This document shows positions 56,585-64,000 of a stretch of DNA of 64,000 nucleotides, in pieces (position 1 is the stretch's first letter; the number at the start of each line of letters is the position of its first letter). The translations under genes were made by a program, and so were the position numbers. The stretch is from assembly GCA_964016885.1 (NCBI GenBank), contig OZ024750.1, positions 3,348,001-3,412,000 of the forward strand. The letters are read 5' to 3'. The DNA comes from Eledone cirrhosa (taxonomy: Eukaryota). The notes beneath the pieces are model-generated. The model saw only the letters and a list, made by a program, of their open reading frames with translations. It ran no database searches and had not been told where the DNA came from.

Positions 56585-56849
56585 CCCTTTAGCATTATAT
56601 TACTCTATATATACTATTGTATGTTCAAGGTAAAGACTTTACCTCACATAACATGTACATAACTTTATATTTACTATTGTATTTTAGTGGTAAAGGCTTT
56701 ACCTCACATAATATCGAATCTACAAGATTTTTATATTATTCATTTTTAGAACAATACCTTAACATGAGTATGAGTGGCTAGTTACGGCCAGTTTGAAGAG
56801 AAAGGTGAGAGAATTCTGGCCAGATACGGCTGGTTTAAATGCTACAGGG
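56585..56849 (-). mobile_element. piggyBac-type MITE with an internal duplication
   Basis: TTAA on both sides; CCCT termini. Confidence 0.85.
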
Positions 56850-58123
56850 TTAAGGGAAAAGTCATATGAGAGCTCTGGAGTTCAGGTCTGTTCAAAGGAC
56901 ATAGGAAAATATGTACACCTGGGTAATTGAGGCTGGACAATACACCTGGGTAATTGAAGCTGGGCAATACACCTGCTTTGATGAAACTTTAATCTCCACT
57001 ATATAGTTACACCTTTGTGCTTTTGTATGACCTCATTATTGTATATTTGTTTTGTAGTATTTCCAATGGAATGAAACTTTGTAAATGAGTAAATGATGAA
57101 ATAAAATTCCTATACTGGAATTCAGGCAACATTGAGATAGTAGAACTAAATTCCTAAACATTTTATATCACTTACTATTCAGTTGGTACGTTGAACTCGT
57201 GGAATTTAGGTCAATTGTCTTTATTCATTCTTTCAGAAAACCTTTCAATGATTATAACGTAAATATTTTGTTACATAAACAAGTGTGTTAATAATGATAT
57301 GGATAGATGCAAAATTACCAACTTAATGAAACTATGGCTCACTGTCAATTGTCCGTTTCTTTTTATACCATTCTAGAGAACCTTTTGTTAAAATGTTTTT
57401 GTAAGTTTAGGCTTTCAGTTGATTGTTAACCAGAGAATGTAAACTTAAATTGAAATATTTTTTAAAACGTATTTTTCAAACACGTGAATATACTCAGAAA
57501 TATGTGTGTGTATGTGTGTGTGTGTGTTTGTGTGTTTTTAAAGCATTTCATTCAATCTTTTAGAATATAATACACTGGCATTTAGAAAGAGCTATGATGT
57601 GATAGCATGATAACATCAGTTCATTTAACTCTTTCCATTGACAAATTACAGGTCAAAGTGACCAAGTATCGTTTGTCCTTTCAATATAATGGAATTAAAT
57701 ATGCTTCTATTTTAAAGAATTCATATTATAATTAAGGCGGCAAATTGGCAGAGTCATTAGACTGTCAGATAGAATGTTTCGACTCTGCCGTCTGAGTTCA
57801 AATCAAGGTCAACTTTGTCTTTCATTCATTAGGGGTCGAGAAAAAAGTACCAGTTTAGTACTGGGGTCGATTCTTCCTCTGTATCTCTTTCTCACTTCCT
57901 CTCTTTCTCTCTTTCCTTCTCTGGTATATATCTGTTGTATTCAGGCCTGGAGAGGATTGGGCTCTGCCAGGATTAAAAATGCCCTGGAAACACCATATAT
58001 CAATTATACTGCCCCTACGACTATCTCAGGAGTTATGGGGCCATGCAGGCATGTATATTATAATCACAGCGGAGAAGTTAAATTACAGTAAACTATTTGT
58101 CATCTCCCTGAAAAATACTCTTT

Positions 58124-58183
58124 AGAGGATTGGTCAAAATTTCTTGTAAGAAATTTCTTGTAAGAAATTTTGACCAATCCTCT
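58124..58183. repeat. Compound palindrome
   Basis: AGAGGATTGGTCAAAATTTCTT and its reverse complement flank a palindromic AAGAAATTTCTT. Confidence 0.9.
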
Positions 58184-58266
58184 TGACAACTACAATCTTC
58201 CCATATAAGGAAGTACCCTTTGAAAAGTTCGGTTATTTATTTACCAGGCTAAAAATTCTAATTTAA

Positions 58267-58401
58267 TCCAGAAATAGCCATCGAAACGGCTTGAGCTCTG
58301 CCATCCGGGTCATACATTTTCCTATTACCCACTCTACTACCCTAAGTATTGAGTACTCTGGTGCGTTATGGTCCACCTGGTTCCTTACCACAACTCCTTT
58401 G

Positions 58402-58404
<3 letters not shown>
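58267..58404 (+). mobile_element. Family D element without a fold-back arm
   Basis: Starts TCCAGAAATAGCCATCGAAACGGCTTGAGCTCTGCC; same tail; ends in a TA run. Confidence 0.75.
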
Positions 58405-58438
<34 letters not shown>

Positions 58439-58587
58439 CAAGCAGGGAAAAGCGGGCGTAAAATGATGATGATGATGATGATATATATACATATACTATA
58501 TTGCTGAAATTAAACAATGTTTATATTCAAAATATTATTTATTCATGCCCAGTTATTTTGATGTCACCTCGTTTGCTTTACTTTATA

Positions 58588-58745
58588 ACACAAGGCCAGC
58601 AATTACCCAGTGTATTACTGGTACTTTATTTTATCGACCCCGTAAGGATGAAAGGCAAAGTTAACCCTGGCGGGATTTGAACTCAGATCGTAAAGGGACG
58701 TAACTACGCTGGAAAGCATGTCCGACCCTCTACCGATACTGCCAA
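58588..58745 (-). mobile_element. SINE family M
   Basis: Reverse complement of the consensus. Confidence 0.88.
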
Positions 58746-59215
58746 TAATAAAACCTAAAAACTCTAAACGGAAATGAATCTATAATATACTTCTAATCTA
58801 TAATATACTGCCAAAGATTAAACTCTTTATATTCAAAATATTTCTCATTTATGTTCAGTTATTTTGAAGAGTTATTTTCTCTACTTAACAATCTTTTTTA
58901 TTTTTTTACAGTAAGAAAATTTTACTAATTTAAACATTTAAAATTTTTATTTTACTCATGAAGTCCACAAGTATAGAATGGAAAAAAAAAAGCATCTAAT
59001 TATATTTTTTACCTGGCAGAAAGAAAAACTGAACAATCCATTTAAATATACCCTGTTACAGGTATTAGCCATGCTAAATTTTCCATGTTAGTTTCAATAG
59101 AATTGGTTTTGGAAATGTGATTATTTGTATAGAAGAATGGAACCTATGTAGTAAGTCCTATTATATCTATATTACATACTCTTAACTACATACTCTCATA
59201 TGACTTTTCCCTTCA

Positions 59216-59423
59216 CCCTTTAGCATTTAAACCAGCCATATCCGGCCAGAATTCTCTTACCTCTTTCTGTTCAAATTGGCTGTAACTGGCCACTCATATT
59301 AATGTTAAGGTATTGTTTTCAAAATAAATAATATCAAAATCTCGTAGATTCGATATTATGCAAGGTAAAGCCTTTACCACAAAAATACAATAGTATATAT
59401 AGAGTAATGTAAATGCTAAAGGG
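59216..59423 (+). mobile_element. piggyBac-type MITE
   Basis: Perfect 14-bp TIR CCCTTTAGCATTTA; flanks TTCA / TTAC. Confidence 0.85.
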
Positions 59424-60193
59424 TTACATACCCTTAACTACTTATTCAGTATTATCCATACACCTCACATGTCCAAACCAGTCTTCTCTCTTGCAGACTA
59501 CACCTGATTCTTCTTATACTCAGCTTTTCTCTCAATTCATCTACGCCCTGTTATTTATGCACACTAATATGAATGTGCGTGGTCTACTGGTTAAAGCATT
59601 CAGTTCACGATCATCAAGTCATGAGTTTGATTCCTAAACCAGACCAAACAGCATGTGTTCTTGAGCAAGACACTTTATTTCATGTTCCAGTTCAACCAAG
59701 CATACTCACTTCACTTCTGTCTAGTCCCTGTACCCTGTGTTCATTGCCAATATCTCACTGCCATGCAGACATCATACAATCTACCCTTTGCTCATAGAGA
59801 AATCCATTAGCTATCAACACAGATAGTTATTCCCTAAATTTTTTCCAGATTGTTCTTATTTTATCGAAATAATAATTGTGTCTACTTTAGGCACAAGGCC
59901 AGCAATTTGAAGGGAAGGGGAAAGTCGATTAAATTGACCCCAGTGCATTACTGGTGCTTTATTTTATACAGTGCATTACAGTGCTTTATTTGATAATAAT
60001 GATAATACCCTCACCATTACCACCACCACTACTACTACTATTCATCTACCACCACCACCACCACCACCATCATCACTATGATCAATGCAATAACTGCTTC
60101 TACCACCATTACTAGTTCTCCCAGCCTTACAATACTCCTACTTCTCCATATAACTCAACACTCACTTTCTACACTCACACTCAACTATATATA

Positions 60194-60381
60194 ATCATCA
60201 TCATCATTTTACGTCCACTTTTCCCTGCTTGCAAGGGTGGGGTGGGTCCTATTCAGCACAGCATCTCTCCACTTGTCACGGTCCTTCGTCATCTCCTCCG
60301 TGAGCTTCAGCGATCTGAGGTCTGCTCTCACCACCTCCACCCATGTTTTTCGTGGTCTTCCTCTACTGCGTCTTCCTTCTA
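60194..60381 (-). mobile_element. RTE-clade LINE 3' end with a (GAT)n tail
   Basis: EGRRSRGRPRKTWVEVVRADLRSLKLTEEMTKDRDKWRDAVLNRTHPTLASREKWT* followed by (GAT)n. Confidence 0.85.
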
Positions 60382-60822
60382 TATATACTGTAGTAGAACA
60401 CTGACACAGTTGCCATCACCTCAACTTATCACTGTCATCTTTACTACTACACAATACATTCACAACAAATATCACAACAAATATCACAACAAATAACAAC
60501 AATCCGTCATCACTATTGAAGCCCCCACCACATTCTCCATAACTATCAAAACTATCTTTAGTGTAAATAGAAATTATCTTTATCGCCCTAGGGAATGTTT
60601 CTTACTAGAACATACTATACGTTGTTGTTGTTGTTGCCTGCTGATATTGGTATTGATGTTCTTCCAGTGGTTGTTGTTATGTAAACAATTTTCTTTAATT
60701 TCAAATAGAATTCATGAATCATTGTTAAATACTTTCATTGCTGTAATAAAAATCAAATACAACGATGACACCAACAACAACAACAACCATAACTGCAATA
60801 AAAATTAAAATATATATATATA

Positions 60823-61184
60823 CATCATCATCATCACCATCACCATCACCATCATCATCATTTTACGTCCGCTTTTCCCTGCTTGCAAGGGTGGGACGGG
60901 AACTGATTCTGGCTTGATTTCTACAGCTGGATGCCCTTCCTAACACCAACCCCATTTACAGTGAGTGCTGGGTGCTTTTTTACCGTGGCACCTCCACGAC
61001 CACTTTACTGTGGAATGATAGGGATCCCAGTCCCTATCATCTCATTTCTACAGCTGAGTAAACTGGAGCAATGTGAAATAAAGTGTCTTGCTCAAGGAAA
61101 CAACACATCGCCCGGTCTGGAAATTGAACTCACAACCTTTCGATTGCAAGGCCAATGCTCTAACCACTAAAGCCATGTGCCTCC
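60823..61184 (-). mobile_element. Full-length CORE-like SINE with an RTE tail
   Basis: Reverse-complement homolog of 24058-24409. Confidence 0.87.
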
Positions 61185-61242
61185 ATATATATATATTGTT
61201 ATATATATATATATATTGTTATATATATATATATTGTTATAT

Positions 61243-61319
<77 letters not shown>

Positions 61320-61366
61320 TATATACATATATATATATTGTTATATATATATATATACATATATAC

Positions 61367-61397
<31 letters not shown>

Positions 61398-61440
61398 CAT
61401 ATATATATATACATATATATATATATACATATATATATAC

Positions 61441-61503
<63 letters not shown>

Positions 61504-61552
61504 CATATATATATATACATATATATATATACATATATATATATACATATAC

Positions 61553-61599
<47 letters not shown>

Positions 61600-61738
61600 C
61601 ATATATATATATACATATATATATATACATATATATATATACATATATATATATACATATATATATATACATATATATATATACATATATATATATACAT
61701 ATATATATATACATATATATATATACATATATATATAC

Positions 61739-61803
<65 letters not shown>

Positions 61804-61908
61804 CATATATATATACATATATATATACATATATACATACATATATATATACATACATATATACATATACATATATATATACATATATATATACATATAT
61901 ATATATAC

Positions 61909-61939
<31 letters not shown>

Positions 61940-62006
61940 CATATATATATACATATATATATACATATATATATACATATATATATATACATATATATAT
62001 ATATAC

Positions 62007-62093
<87 letters not shown>

Positions 62094-62157
62094 CATATAT
62101 ATATATACATATATATATATGTATATATTGTTATATATATAAATGTATATATATATA

Positions 62158-62193
<36 letters not shown>

Positions 62194-62325
62194 TATATAT
62201 ATATATGTGTGGTGTGTATATATATATATATATTTATATATATTGGTATATATATATGTGGTGTGTGTATATATATATATATATTTATATATATATGTGG
62301 TGTGATATATATATGTATATATATG

Positions 62326-62372
<47 letters not shown>

Positions 62373-62385
62373 GTATATATATATG

Positions 62386-62454
<69 letters not shown>

Positions 62455-62465
62455 GTATATATATG

Positions 62466-62496
<31 letters not shown>

Positions 62497-62515
62497 GTGG
62501 TGTGATATATATATG

Positions 62516-62578
<63 letters not shown>

Positions 62579-62589
62579 GTATATATATG

Positions 62590-62622
<33 letters not shown>

Positions 62623-62658
62623 GGTGTGATATATATATGTATATATATGTATATATAT
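61185..62658. repeat. Long compound (TA)n array, C-variant half followed by G-variant half
   Basis: ATACAT units to about 62110, ATGTAT units after about 62300. Confidence 0.97.
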
Positions 62659-63235
62659 GCACATGTGTGTTTGTAACTTTCCACAAACAAAAAATAACAA
62701 ACCCAAATTTAGTTTGCATGTGTGCGTCTTATGTGCGTCGTGTGTGCATTGTGTGTGCATCATGTGTGCATCATGTGTGCGTCGTGTGTGCGTCGTGTAT
62801 GCATCGTGTGTGCATTATGTGTGCATCATGTGTGCATCATGTGCTGTTTGTTACAAGTTCATGGAATTCAACAATAGAAGATAACAAGAAAGTGACAACA
62901 AAAAAAACAACAAAACAAAACAAAAAATACAAAAAAAAATTAAAGCTTGTAATTTTCAAACATTATTATTATTATGAAAAAAAAAGAAAGAATTATGATC
63001 ATTATTTTTTCTATTATTATTATTATTATTATAATTAATATAATAATTATTATTATTACGAAGCCCCACATACAGTGTAACCCCTTCATTTATTGTATTC
63101 TACATGGAGGCCCTTGTGGCAAATAAATCAAAAGTTTTTTTTCTTTTTCATATTATTATTATTGTTGTTGATATTATTATTGTTGTTTTTACCATAATGG
63201 TATATGAATAATTTCTAGTGTATGGTGATGTTGAG

Positions 63236-64000
63236 GATGATGTTGGTGGTGGTGGTGATGGTGGTGGTGATGGTGGTGGTGATGGTGGTGGTGGTGATGG
63301 TGGTTGTGGTGATGGTGATGGTGGTGGTGGTGATGGTGGTGGTGATGGTGGTGGTGATGGTGGTGGTGATGGTGATGGTGGTGATGGTGGTTGTGGTGAT
63401 GGTGGTGGTGGTGGTGATGGTGGTGGTGATGGTGATGGTGGTGGTGGTTGTGATGGTGGTGGTGATGGTGGTGGTGATGGTGGTGGTGATGGTGATGGTG
63501 GTGGTGGTGATGGTGGTGGTGGTGATGGTGGTTGTGGTGATGGTGATGGTGGTGGTGGTGATGGTGGTGGTGATGGTGGTGGTGATGGTGGTGGTGATGG
63601 TGGTGGTGGTGGTGGTGGTGGTGGTGGTGGTGGTGGTGGTGGTGATGGTGGTGGTGATGGTGATGGTGGTGGTGGTTGTGATGGTGGTGGTGATGGTGGT
63701 GGTGATGGTGGTGGTGATGGTGATGGTGGTGGTGGTGATGGTGGTGGTGGTGATGGTGGTGGTGGTGATGGTGGTTGTGGTGATGGTGGTGGTGATGGTG
63801 GTGGTGGTGATGGTGGTGGTGATGGTGGTTGTGGTGGTGGTGGTGATGGTGGTGGTGATGGTGGTGGTGGTGATGGTGGTGGTGATGGTGGTGATGGTGG
63901 TTGTGGTGATGGTGGTTGTGGTGATGGTGGTGGTGGTGATGGTGGTGGTGGTGATGGTGGTGGTGATGTTGGTGGTGGTGGTGGTGGTGGTGGTGGTGGT
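63236..64000. repeat. (GGT)n array interrupted by GAT/TGT, running off the window end
   Basis: Trinucleotide repeat. Confidence 0.98.

Noticed and set aside
63236-64000. Gly/Val/Trp-rich or His/Thr/Pro-rich reading frames in the GGT array
   Set aside because: Trinucleotide microsatellite without unique coding context or splice support

Overview
AT-rich, repeat-dense eukaryotic DNA with no intact host protein-coding gene recognisable from the sequence; it is probably intronic or intergenic. The repeat content resembles an octopus/cephalopod genome (inference): very long TA/CA/GA microsatellites, about 30 copies or fragments of a tRNA-headed Meta-domain-like SINE, and CORE-like SINEs with an RTE-type tail. 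Most ORFs in the track are microsatellite artefacts. Also present are 3' fragments of RTE, Expander/Rex3-like and CRE-like non-LTR retrotransposons, piggyBac-, Tc1/mariner- and hAT-type MITEs, a Helitron-like element, and a 147/294-bp higher-order tandem array. The most interesting signal is a set of at least five distinct families of short elements that sit in or beside (TA)n arrays and carry type I hammerhead ribozyme motifs, most likely Penelope-like pLTR remnants or mini-elements. One family has a covarying stem II with an invariant C-C mismatch. One has a non-canonical CAGA core. Several copies are fold-back palindromes that break at or near the ribozyme. A separate ~400-nt imperfect hairpin rich in G-U pairs lies at about 0.72-1.15 kb. 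All structures were folded by eye and no database searches were run.
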